This document shows positions 32,390 through 41,535 of a DNA stretch of 64,000 nt, in pieces. Position 1 is the stretch's first letter, and every line of letters begins with the position of its first letter. The translations under genes were made by a program, and so were the position numbers. Where the stretch lies: assembly GCA_913058245.1 (NCBI GenBank), contig CAJXQJ010000014.1, positions 8,535 to 72,534 on the forward strand. Reading direction: 5' to 3'. This DNA comes from an uncultured Colwellia sp. Its GTDB lineage: Bacteria; Pseudomonadota; Gammaproteobacteria; Enterobacterales; Alteromonadaceae. The notes under the pieces were generated by a model, which did not search any database, was not told where the DNA came from, and saw only the letters and a program-made list of their open reading frames with translations.

Positions 32390-33469
32390 GTGCGATTATT
32401 AGAAATAGAATGTTTAGGCAAAACATTGCGATTAGAAGGTTCAATGGCCGGGTGGCAAGAGCTTTTTTGGGACAACCAATGCGTTTCACAAATTAACGCC
32501 AGCGCTGACAATGAATCTTTTTTACACCAATTTTCCTTACAAAGTGAACAAGGTGAAATACACATTGAACTCAGCGGAGCATTACAATGGCAACCTTTTG
32601 CACTACAGTTCAAATTATTGATTAATAAAGAACTTGTGCTTGATAATTCACTTAATGAAAAAGACATAGAACAACGCCAAGTTGTGCAAGGCGAAAAACA
32701 ATCAATTAAATTTAGCGTTGTTGGCTTAGCAGGTCTTGGCTTAAAGTTACTAAAAAGTGCCAAAGTGATTAAAGTACTATTCGCCGCAGGCAGTTTGGCA
32801 GCTTATAGTTGGTTATTCTCCATCGAGTTCGCCATTGCCCTGATACTTTGTTTAGTTTTTCACGAATATGGCCACATCAAAGCCATGAAGTATTTTGGCC
32901 TAAAAACCAAAGGCATTTACCTTATTCCATTCGTGGGTGGCTTAGCCCTTAGTGACGACAAAATTAATACCCGCTGGCAAGACATTGTTATTTCAATTAT
33001 GGGTCCGTTCTTTGGCTTAATACTGTCGGTCGCCGCTTTAGTCGGTTATTGGCTAACTGATATAGAAATACTGGCCGGTATTGCAGTGTTTAATGCGCTA
33101 CTTAATTTATTCAATTTATTACCTATATTACCGTTAGACGGTGGCCATGTTCTTAAAAGTATTGCCTTTTCCATCAACTCAAAACTAGGCCTAGTGGCTT
33201 GCATATTAGGTGCGATATTCGGTATTTATATTAGTTACCACTTTGGTTTAGCACTATTAGGCTTTTTACTGGCAATCGGCAGTATAGAAATATTTTTTGA
33301 ATATAAACGCCGCCACTTAAGCGAATTACTGCCCCTTAATCGCTATGCCCAAATTGTTTCAGCTATTTGGTATGTAATAACAGTTGCGGGTTTAGGCGGT
33401 ATTATTTGGTTGGTGGGCCAATCAGGCAACGATGCTTTGTCACTACCACTTAAAATACTTGGCAGTTAA
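32390..33469 (+). CDS. Site-2 protease (M50) with a soluble N-terminal domain
   Basis: HEYGH zinc motif, GPFFG and NLLPILPLDGG; multiple TM helices. The start may be GTG 32366 or 32390. Confidence 0.9.
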   Translation: MRLLEIECLGKTLRLEGSMAGWQELFWDNQCVSQINASADNESFLHQFSLQSEQGEIHIELSGALQWQPFALQFKLLINKELVLDNSLNEKDIEQRQVVQGEKQSIKFSVVGLAGLGLKLLKSAKVIKVLFAAGSLAAYSWLFSIEFAIALILCLVFHEYGHIKAMKYFGLKTKGIYLIPFVGGLALSDDKINTRWQDIVISIMGPFFGLILSVAALVGYWLTDIEILAGIAVFNALLNLFNLLPILPLDGGHVLKSIAFSINSKLGLVACILGAIFGIYISYHFGLALLGFLLAIGSIEIFFEYKRRHLSELLPLNRYAQIVSAIWYVITVAGLGGIIWLVGQSGNDALSLPLKILGS

Positions 33470-33492
33470 CCAAAAATAAAAGTGAGTCAGTT

Positions 33493-33897
33493 ATGATTTC
33501 AAAAAAGGTTAGAGAATTATTTGTATCATTAATGGAAGCATCAAACGACTCTTCTATTAGCTATGATATTGAAACTGAACAATACTCCGGCTATTTCAAT
33601 AACACCGTTGTTGATAAGTACATTGAATTAGGCGCGTTAGAGTTGGTGGAAGGTGGCGCTGGCGTTACCACCATTTTACTTAATAATCGTGATGACTTTT
33701 TAAGTTCATTTGCTGCCGGCGTTCGTGAAGCTAAAAACGGCGCCGATCAATCTTACACCGATTACAACGCTAACCCTTTTGCTTTTTCAATTGGCTATGA
33801 ACATTTTCATCAAATATCCAAGAAAAAACGCCAGTTAATCGGCTATATATGCCATGGCTTTGAAAATGATGAAGCAGGTTTGGTGCATCAGCAATAA
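33493..33897 (+). CDS. Hypothetical protein
   Basis: 134-aa ORF co-oriented with the protease gene; no recognised motif. Confidence 0.7.
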   Translation: MISKKVRELFVSLMEASNDSSISYDIETEQYSGYFNNTVVDKYIELGALELVEGGAGVTTILLNNRDDFLSSFAAGVREAKNGADQSYTDYNANPFAFSIGYEHFHQISKKKRQLIGYICHGFENDEAGLVHQQ

Positions 33898-33930
33898 GGG
33901 TTATTTCAATAAAACAGAACTGTATATGTG

Positions 33931-34908
33931 TTAACTCAAGAAAACTTCTTTTCGATGATACTCTAAAAAGTATTGTTGTTCTTCATTGAATGTACCAACA
34001 TTATTCTTAATCGATAAATTAATTCCCATACGAGAAAGAGATGAAGACTCTACGACAGGAGAAACTAGAATCCCTCCAGCACTTTCAAATGAAATAAAGC
34101 CTCGGTCAAATAAATGGTCAACGGTTGAAGTGAGAAGCAAACCATTGTTACCATTTAGTTTTTCGGTATGATCTTCACAATATCGCCACGGCTTTATATG
34201 ACTAGCGCGTAAATGAGATATTTCGTCTACTTCGGTTATGCGGCAATGAGTCTCTTGGAGTGCGACCCGTTTTTTAAATACACCTTGTCCTCTACGAACC
34301 ATAATGATCGACTTCCTTTCGGTTTCAGGTATTAAGGAGTCATTTCTAACATTGTCTTCTAGATCTTCTTCCCATTCACTCAACCCCTTCGTAGGTTTAG
34401 GTTCATACTCAGAAGTAGTTTCATTAACAGACAATAGGGTACCAACTAAGTTACCGGCTTCAATTCCAATTAACCGGATCAATTCATTAGCTAATAGCTC
34501 AGGTACTTTAGTTAAGTACACACCTTGATTACCACGTCCTGTTGATTGTAAAGGGGAGTATTTATTAGGAAGTTTTGACTCGAGTTTTTCCATATGATCA
34601 GCTGGGCGTATTTTATTATTCAGTAGAATAAAATGAACATCCACCTTCCAACCATCGCTTCCCCATTGTGCGCCAATTTTGCCAAACTCTATAGGTTGAG
34701 GAGACGCATAAGCATTGGATTGAATTACTCCAATCGCTTTTATAAAAGTACCGGCAAAAGAAAAAACTATGTCTCCGGGAACAACACCTTTCATGTATTC
34801 ATAGAATTGATTCTTTTGCCCATTAGACTTTCTTTTTGGCGACCATAGATAATTGCCTTGAAATTCTTCTTTAAAAGTTTGATTTTGATTAACCCACCAA
34901 TAATTCAA
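33931..34908 (-). CDS. EVE/PUA-HNH endonuclease, putative modification-dependent (type IV) restriction enzyme
   Basis: N-terminal YWWVNQNQTF...YLWSPK...PGDIVFSF (EVE/PUA-like) and C-terminal HNH (CRIT...ASHIKPW...NGLLL...DHLFDRGFISF). TTG start with AGGA RBS. Confidence 0.82.
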   Translation of the reverse strand: MNYWWVNQNQTFKEEFQGNYLWSPKRKSNGQKNQFYEYMKGVVPGDIVFSFAGTFIKAIGVIQSNAYASPQPIEFGKIGAQWGSDGWKVDVHFILLNNKIRPADHMEKLESKLPNKYSPLQSTGRGNQGVYLTKVPELLANELIRLIGIEAGNLVGTLLSVNETTSEYEPKPTKGLSEWEEDLEDNVRNDSLIPETERKSIIMVRRGQGVFKKRVALQETHCRITEVDEISHLRASHIKPWRYCEDHTEKLNGNNGLLLTSTVDHLFDRGFISFESAGGILVSPVVESSSLSRMGINLSIKNNVGTFNEEQQYFLEYHRKEVFLS

Positions 34909-34976
34909 TTACTACATCCTTATATTTTAACTTTGCAAACTTCTCTATCACTTCCGATGGGATAACAAACCTATTG

Positions 34977-35657
34977 TCATTTATCTTCTAGCAACTCTGT
35001 TAAACAGGCTACTTGTTTAGTTAATGAAGTGACTTGCTGCTCTAGCTCTGTCACTCGTTGTGCTAATTGAACGTTACTTACAGATGTTGTGGCTTCTGAA
35101 GAATTAGCGATTGTTTGAGTAGCGCTAGTTTCAACACAATAGCTCTCATCAACATCAGAAAATAAATGCACATAACGAGATTCACGTTTACCAGGCTCCC
35201 GCTCAAGTTTCTTAACTAGTGTTTGATTTTTTAAATCTTGCAGTTGGTTCAAAGCAGTTTCAACTTCACCAACATCAGCAAAGTCTGCTAAGCGATTAGT
35301 GCGGGTTCTAAGTTCACCGGGGGTTTGCGGCCCGCGTAGCAATAACACACAAATAATAGCCCGCTGCTGAGCAGTAAATTGCAAATTACCAAACTCGGTA
35401 TTACAAAAACGATGGAAATATTTACTCACTCGTCCGGACGCTTTGTGGTCGATCATCAGTTGGTTCATTTTCACCAATTCATCAACACTGTTTTGAATAT
35501 CAGCTTCAGACAACGACATCACAGGCTCACGATTACTTTTTTGATTACAGCCGGTGGTAATGCCATTGATAGAAAGTGGATATTGCTCTGGCGTGGTGGT
35601 TTCTTTTTCTAGCATAACGCCAATAATGCGGCATTGCTCTGCGGATAATGTGATCAT
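34977..35657 (-). CDS. yceH: YceH / DUF480 family protein
   Basis: EKETTTPEQYPLS, CNQKSNREPVM, LLLRGPQTPGELRTR and RESRYVHL motifs. Start placed at ATG 35657. Confidence 0.9.
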   Translation of the reverse strand: MITLSAEQCRIIGVMLEKETTTPEQYPLSINGITTGCNQKSNREPVMSLSEADIQNSVDELVKMNQLMIDHKASGRVSKYFHRFCNTEFGNLQFTAQQRAIICVLLLRGPQTPGELRTRTNRLADFADVGEVETALNQLQDLKNQTLVKKLEREPGKRESRYVHLFSDVDESYCVETSATQTIANSSEATTSVSNVQLAQRVTELEQQVTSLTKQVACLTELLEDK

Positions 35658-35734
35658 ATTGAAGGCATCCTTTTTAAAGAACCTAGTTATACCAAGCAAT
35701 AAGCGTTTTTACTATGTGTTCGTGTGCAATTTTC

Positions 35735-35773
35735 AAAAAAACCACATTCTAACAATAAGTTAAACTGTGGTTT
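35735..35773 (-). terminator. Probable displaced native yicC terminator
   Basis: AAACCACA (35739-46) / TGTGGTTT (35766-73) stem with a U-tract on the minus strand, about 30 bp downstream of the duplicated yicC 3' end. Confidence 0.55.
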
Positions 35774-35800
35774 CTATGAATAGAAGAGTTAAGCAGAAAG

Positions 35801-35821
35801 CTATTCGATGTTTTGAATCTG
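35801..35821 (-). repeat. att-like duplicate of the yicC 3' end
   Basis: CTATTCGATGTTTTGAATCTG versus yicC 38106-38126 CTATTCAATATTTTGGATCTG: 18/21 identical, and all three differences are synonymous (both encode QIQNIE*). Confidence 0.85.
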
Positions 35822-35973
35822 TATACTAATCATCAACAACAGTTAAAATACAAAACAATTATTTAAAATAGTTTGGATAGAAAAACAACTAAATTTATCC
35901 AATAGTGTAACCAGTTGCTCTAGTAATTTTTATTTAGCATTATTCTGAGTAACTAATAATATACTGTATTAAA

Positions 35974-37056
35974 TTACAAAACTGGCTTACCAATATAGTT
36001 AGGTATAGATATTTCATTATTGTTCAAAAGAAAATAAGGAAGGAGCGACGAAAAATATAATTTGTGGCCAAAGTCATTAGGGTGGTGCATCCAATCTGCA
36101 GTTATGTCTTCAATTACATGCTTATTAGATAAGTTATTATAAAGATTGTAAATATCAACAAAAGGCACGTTATTATTATCCGCGATATTTTTCAACGCTT
36201 CATTATATTCAATAGTATCAATAGTATTTTCTCTATCCCATAAAACATTTTGTTGAAAAAAACCTACTATAACCACCTGATTCCCACTATTAAGTATGTT
36301 AATAACAGCATCATTTATATTCGAAATAAAATTATTTAGTCTCGCTTTCCCTTCAATGTGGTCATTCATTCCAAATTCAATAATAAAAAGATCTGCTCCA
36401 TCAGTAATCGCACTTTGATAGTCATTATAAAAATAATCAGAGACTTGTCCATTTTCTGATTTATTTATTACATTGATACTATCATCTACGTTTAAGTATT
36501 TTCTCAATAAACCTACAAATGAATCAGAATCATTACCATTAAAATATTGCGAATATGTTTGTGCTCCTGATGCAATAGAATCACCGTAAACATAAATATT
36601 TATTGTCCCATCAAGATTATTATCTTTAAGTATTGATTTATTGTTAATAGGCTTAAATGATGTACGAGATTTATAATCAATATATATTTGCAAAAGATTA
36701 ATGAGTGGAGGATTACGTGGAACTCCATTAAAAGAAAAAGTTCCATTTTCATTGAAGGTAACATTATGAGTATTAAAGTTCGGTATACGTGAATTTAAAG
36801 TTCTTCTGATACTGTTCAGCTCGGAGTTAAATTCATAGTCATCTTTAGTGTAAAGAACTTTATTCCCTACTTCATCATATGAATAAACAGAGAGAATATA
36901 TTCTGCTTCAAATAGAAATCCTTTAGGAATATTCCCGCTCAAAGAGAAAGATTCACCAGTAACTAACGTGTATTCAGGGGAGGAGTTTTCATTGCAGCTT
37001 ACAAGTAAGAAACTAATGCTGATAAGAAAAAATAAATCTACAATTTTTTTGGTCAT
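35974..37056 (-). CDS. SGNH/GDSL hydrolase lipoprotein (island cargo)
   Basis: Lipobox LLVSC; blocks YGDSI, EFGMND and DWMHHPN; visibly AT-richer than the backbone. Confidence 0.85.
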   Translation of the reverse strand: MTKKIVDLFFLISISFLLVSCNENSSPEYTLVTGESFSLSGNIPKGFLFEAEYILSVYSYDEVGNKVLYTKDDYEFNSELNSIRRTLNSRIPNFNTHNVTFNENGTFSFNGVPRNPPLINLLQIYIDYKSRTSFKPINNKSILKDNNLDGTINIYVYGDSIASGAQTYSQYFNGNDSDSFVGLLRKYLNVDDSINVINKSENGQVSDYFYNDYQSAITDGADLFIIEFGMNDHIEGKARLNNFISNINDAVINILNSGNQVVIVGFFQQNVLWDRENTIDTIEYNEALKNIADNNNVPFVDIYNLYNNLSNKHVIEDITADWMHHPNDFGHKLYFSSLLPYFLLNNNEISIPNYIGKPVL

Positions 37057-37166
37057 ATTATTTACTCAATAAAGAAATGCTCTTTGGCATAAAACAGTTT
37101 TTGTTACTCTACATCAAAACTCAATCTTAGTACTGATAATTAACTACTTCTAAATGATTTATTTAG

Positions 37167-38005
37167 TGAATCGACCAGATTTTCCTAAACACGATTAAGT
37201 TGTAAACTTTGTGTAACGGTGTGATTTAACTAGAGGCTTTGTTAGAGGTAAAATTCAATTAACTAACGAGGTCAAAATGCTAAAGAAAACATTAACAGCA
37301 GAATTCAAACGTGAGTGCGCTGGCTAGTCATTATTCACGGTTATAAACATAAAGATGCGGCAGCAGCGATGAATGTTGGATTATCGTCAATGATATTGGA
37401 TTGCATCGCGTTCGTACGTCAATGAAGCGTTTAGGGCTAGTTGCTAAACGGCCTAAGCAGCACAAATCCCCTGTTAGCGGTAAGCCTTCGGTTATTGCGC
37501 CTAATTACTTGAATCGTCAGTTTAACCCGCAAAGCCTAAACAAGATGTGGTCCGGCGATATTACGTATATCCGCACACAGCAAGGCTGGTTGTACTTAGC
37601 GGTGATTATGGATTTATGCTCTCATAAAGTTATCAGTTGGGCATTCTCGGATAAACCAATAGTGAATTAACAACAAAGGCTTTACACTTAGCCATAAATA
37701 AACAACAACCAACAGATGGAGTATTATTCCATTCAGATCAAGGTGTTCAATATACGTGTGAAGCATTTCAACGTTCATTGAAAGAACACGGGTTAGTCTT
37801 AAGTATGAGCCGTGCTGGAAATTGTTTAGATAATGCGGTTACTGAACGCTTTTTCCGCAGCTTAAAATCAGAGAGAATTAACTATCGTCTTTATCAGACA
37901 AGGCGTGAAGCAATGGCCGATATTATTGATTACATCAAGCCATTTTATAATCAGAGACGGCGACATTATAAATTAGGAAACATCTCACCAGCAAGTCACC
38001 AGTGA
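37167..38005 (+). mobile_element. IS3-family insertion sequence remnant (pseudogenised transposase)
   Basis: Left end TGAATCGACCAGATTTTCC. orfA from ATG 37277 (AEFKREC...AAAMNVGLSS) is frameshifted. orfB DDE fragments WSGDITYI, HSDQGVQY and NAVTERFF are split at 37670. No clear right IR. Confidence 0.9.
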
Positions 38006-38105
38006 ACTGGTGGTATATGGGGGTGGATGAAACAATCTTTTTATTGACAAATACAAAAAAGCCCTATACATAAGGCTTTAAGGGGTGTTGAATGTTTATA
38101 AAACC

Positions 38106-38969
38106 CTATTCAATATTTTGGATCTGCTCACGCATTTGTTCAATCAATACCTTCAATTCAACAGCTGAATTGGTGATTTCTGCGTTAATAGATTTTGAAC
38201 CTAAGGTATTCGCTTCACGATTAAACTCTTGCATCATGAAGTCTAAGCGACGACCTTGTGCGCCACCTTTTTTCAAAATGCTGCGCGTTTCTTTAACATG
38301 GCTAAATAAGCGGTCAATTTCTTCATCAACATCCATTTTTTGTGCAAGTAATACTAGCTCTTGCTCAACACGTGATGATTCCAGTTCAATATTCGCATCA
38401 GCAAACTTGTCAGTAATACGTTTACGCTGCCAAGCAATAACTTCTGGCATATGGCCTTTTACTAGCTCAGCCTGTTCAACAATACCGTCTAGGCGTTGTT
38501 CAATAAGTGATTTCATATTGGTACCTTCATCTGCTCGCGCTACGATGAAGTCTTTCAATGCTTGATCAAAACCGGCAAGAATTTCAGCTTGAATGGCATT
38601 CATGTCTGATTCTTCAGCTTCCATCACACCCGGCCAACGCATAATTTCTATAGGATTAACTTGGCTATTCAGTGTTTGCTCGTTGATCCAATTTGCATGC
38701 TTTAACAAATTTTCAGCAAGTGCAATATTCATTGTTAAATTACTTTTTTCGCCAGCTTTGGCGTTAAAGCGCAGATTACATTCAACTTTACCGCGATTTA
38801 ATTGCTTACGAAAACGTTCACGTAACACTGGCTCTATGCTTCTAAATTGCTCAGGTAAACGAAAGTAAGTTTCGAGGAAACGTTGGTTTACGCTGCGAAT
38901 TTCCCATACTGCATTCCCCCATTCCCCTTTAACTTCATGGCGGGCGAATGCTGTCATACTGTGGATCAT
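38106..38969 (-). CDS. yicC: YicC/YloC family endoribonuclease
   Basis: MIHSMTAFAR, GRRLDFMMQEFNREANTLGSK and EQMREQIQNIE motifs. Confidence 0.96.
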   Translation of the reverse strand: MIHSMTAFARHEVKGEWGNAVWEIRSVNQRFLETYFRLPEQFRSIEPVLRERFRKQLNRGKVECNLRFNAKAGEKSNLTMNIALAENLLKHANWINEQTLNSQVNPIEIMRWPGVMEAEESDMNAIQAEILAGFDQALKDFIVARADEGTNMKSLIEQRLDGIVEQAELVKGHMPEVIAWQRKRITDKFADANIELESSRVEQELVLLAQKMDVDEEIDRLFSHVKETRSILKKGGAQGRRLDFMMQEFNREANTLGSKSINAEITNSAVELKVLIEQMREQIQNIE

Positions 38970-39051
38970 AGAATTTCCTAAATTTTTAAACTTATCTAAT
39001 ATAGGAATTATGCCTGAGGTCGGTATTGGTATCTACTAGATTAGAACGAAT

Positions 39052-39079
39052 AAAGGCGAACTTTACCGTTCGCCTTTTT
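39052..39079. terminator. Hairpin terminator downstream of the GMC gene
   Basis: AAAGGCGAAC / GTTCGCCTTT stem with flanking A/T runs. Confidence 0.7.
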
Positions 39080-39100
39080 AAAACAATTCAGCTTTGCACG

Positions 39101-40825
39101 TTAACTTACGCTTTGCTGCCAACGCTGTTTAAGATGGTCGGCAACTCGGAATGAATTTGCATAAATGGTAAATGTGTATGGAACACTACCACCAGTTGGC
39201 ATAAATGAAGCATCTGTCACAAATAGGTTATTAACTTCATGCGCTTGGCAGTTTTTATTCAGTACTGACGTTTTAGGGTCATCACCAAAACGACAGCCGC
39301 CAGCCATTAAGTTAGATGCTGGTGCGCTGCTTATCGATGATGAAACATTGGTTGCGCCCATTTCCACTAATAACTTTTCTGCTTTCTCAGCTAAATATTC
39401 CCCAACATCAATATCGTGACTGTGTGCGCCAATACGTATTTTCGCAACAGGATCACCCCATTTGTCGGTAACTTTATCGTCTAAACTAACAAAGCAATTG
39501 TCGTTTGGTAACCAATCGTTAAACACTTCAAAACGTAAAGTTTTATAGGTGGTGAATTCCGTTTTCATACTTTGCTTAAGTTCTTCACCCCATAATAGCT
39601 TTTCACTATCTAGCGCTTCATCATACTGCCATTTAGTGCCTTGAGCGCGAGCGATTGGGTTTTGATAAAATAAGAAGTCTATCGTACCGCCTTTAGCTTT
39701 GCCGTCACGATTAAAGCCAGTAAATGCTTTATCGTCAATTTGATACCAATCTTGTAAAGCACGATTAATAAAAGGCCCAACTTGCTTCAACTGCGCCTGT
39801 TTCTCTTTGGTTAAACCTTTATAAAAGAAATCACCTCGGCCTGTGCCGCCACCACTAAAAATTAAATTCTTGCCCACTAAACCGTTATTATTGGCAATAC
39901 CATTAGGAAACTTTTCGCCCTTCGACGCCAGCAATAAACGTGACGTTTCTACTGCTTGGCAAGCCACAACATAGTATTTAGCTTTCGCTACTTGTTTACG
40001 CCCTGCCTTATCGTAATAAAGCACGCCAGATATTTCGCCTTGGCTATCAGTTTCAATTTTATACACTTTTGCATGCGGTGTTATGGTGCAGTTTCCTGTA
40101 GCAACTGCATGATTCAGTAACGCTGCTCGACCACTTCCTTTAGCGCCTGACGAACAACCATAACTACTGCAATAACCAGAATATTCACAGCTATTTCGCC
40201 CCATGGCTGGTCGCGACAGTATTGCCCGAGGAACAGGTACGGCGTGATAGCCAATTTCTTTTGCTCCCTCGTCTATCCAAGACGATATTGCATGTTCTGC
40301 AACGGGTGGGTATGGAAAGTCCGTTGAGCGAGGCTCTTGATGAGGGTGCTCTGAAACGCGCCCCGAAACACCTACTACTTGCTCTACTTGCGCGTAATAG
40401 GGTTCAAGTTCATCATAGCTTATTGGCCAATCTTCAACATTAGCGCCTTTAATAGCACCAAATTCAGATTTTAAGCGGAAATCAATCGGCTTTAAGCGAT
40501 GGAAATAACCACTCATAAAGTTTGATGAGCCGCCAACTACCTGACCATTCCAAAAGCTCCAGCCTGACTCACTAGTGGCTTCACCCTGCCAGTAACTTTC
40601 ACCATCATCAGTTTCATACTCTTCTTCAATAACGTGCTGTTCATCTTCAAGCTTTGGGTTATAAGAGTCGCGTAAACTAATGGCTAATTCATCTTTAAAG
40701 AATTCTTTTTCAGTTAACCAAGCGCCTTTTTCAAGCACTAAAACTTTTGCGCCAGCTTTTGCCAAGGTATATGCAACAGGTGACGCGCCTGCACCACTGC
40801 CCACTATACAAATATCATATTTCAT
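39101..40825 (-). CDS. GMC-family FAD oxidoreductase (gluconate 2-dehydrogenase flavoprotein-like)
   Basis: GSGAGA FAD motif, GQVVGGSS, Cys cluster CEYSGYCSSYGC, and C-terminal GGCRFG...NLFVTDASFMPT. Confidence 0.9.
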   Translation of the reverse strand: MKYDICIVGSGAGASPVAYTLAKAGAKVLVLEKGAWLTEKEFFKDELAISLRDSYNPKLEDEQHVIEEEYETDDGESYWQGEATSESGWSFWNGQVVGGSSNFMSGYFHRLKPIDFRLKSEFGAIKGANVEDWPISYDELEPYYAQVEQVVGVSGRVSEHPHQEPRSTDFPYPPVAEHAISSWIDEGAKEIGYHAVPVPRAILSRPAMGRNSCEYSGYCSSYGCSSGAKGSGRAALLNHAVATGNCTITPHAKVYKIETDSQGEISGVLYYDKAGRKQVAKAKYYVVACQAVETSRLLLASKGEKFPNGIANNNGLVGKNLIFSGGGTGRGDFFYKGLTKEKQAQLKQVGPFINRALQDWYQIDDKAFTGFNRDGKAKGGTIDFLFYQNPIARAQGTKWQYDEALDSEKLLWGEELKQSMKTEFTTYKTLRFEVFNDWLPNDNCFVSLDDKVTDKWGDPVAKIRIGAHSHDIDVGEYLAEKAEKLLVEMGATNVSSSISSAPASNLMAGGCRFGDDPKTSVLNKNCQAHEVNNLFVTDASFMPTGGSVPYTFTIYANSFRVADHLKQRWQQSVS

Positions 40826-41535
40826 GCTTTTCGAGTTCCTACTTGCTTGCGGGTATATTGCTGATGACTAACCACCTGCGTGATAGTTGTATTTGAAAAT
40901 GGGCTTCGACGACTTAAATTGATCGGTTGTTGCCCCGGCAACTCATAATAACGCTGCCCAGCTTGTGGTAATGGAAAACCCGCTTGGTGTTCTAGCCATT
41001 GCCAACCTATGCCGTTCGGATTACCACCATAACTAGGCGGTGAAAGCATGGCCTCAAATATGTAACCGACTAAATTACTTAACCAGTTTTCGCCAGCGGT
41101 TGACTTACTAATCGCTCGTAAGATTGTTTCTTTTTCATCAAAGGTTAGCGCAATAAAGTTTTTCTTTAATTGGCTATTACTAAAACCATTTAACCAACCA
41201 ACACCTTTATAAATAAACTCAATTTCAGATTCTTCTGTTGGCTGTTGAAACACCACATTATATAAATATTGTGTCGCTTGAATTTCCTTAGCGCTTGGCC
41301 CTGTTGGTGACTCAGGAAGTAAATGCGCTAATACCGCATCTAGAGTAAGCCAAGGGTCAGTTTTTAAAGCACTGTCAAGTTTGTTGCTAAGCGCTGCTGA
41401 CCAACTGCGCATCGGCATCGCCGCTACCATAGTTGCACCAGCGGCAGACTTTAAAGCACTACGGCGTGAAATCTTTTTTTTCAGCCAGCTAGGTGTTTGA
41501 TAATTATCATCAAAAAATGAATTAACTTGAGGCAT
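40822..41535 (-). CDS. Gluconate 2-dehydrogenase subunit 3-family Tat-exported protein
   Basis: Twin-arginine SRRSALK and P.YGGNPNGIGWQWL motif; stop overlaps the GMC start. Confidence 0.85.
   Translation of the reverse strand: MPQVNSFFDDNYQTPSWLKKKISRRSALKSAAGATMVAAMPMRSWSAALSNKLDSALKTDPWLTLDAVLAHLLPESPTGPSAKEIQATQYLYNVVFQQPTEESEIEFIYKGVGWLNGFSNSQLKKNFIALTFDEKETILRAISKSTAGENWLSNLVGYIFEAMLSPPSYGGNPNGIGWQWLEHQAGFPLPQAGQRYYELPGQQPINLSRRSPFSNTTITQVVSHQQYTRKQVGTRKA

Larger units (their letters stand above)
35801..38126. mobile_element. Decayed genomic island integrated at the yicC 3' end
   Basis: Flanking att-like direct repeats; AT-rich cargo gene and IS3 remnant inside; no integrase visible. 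Confidence 0.75.
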
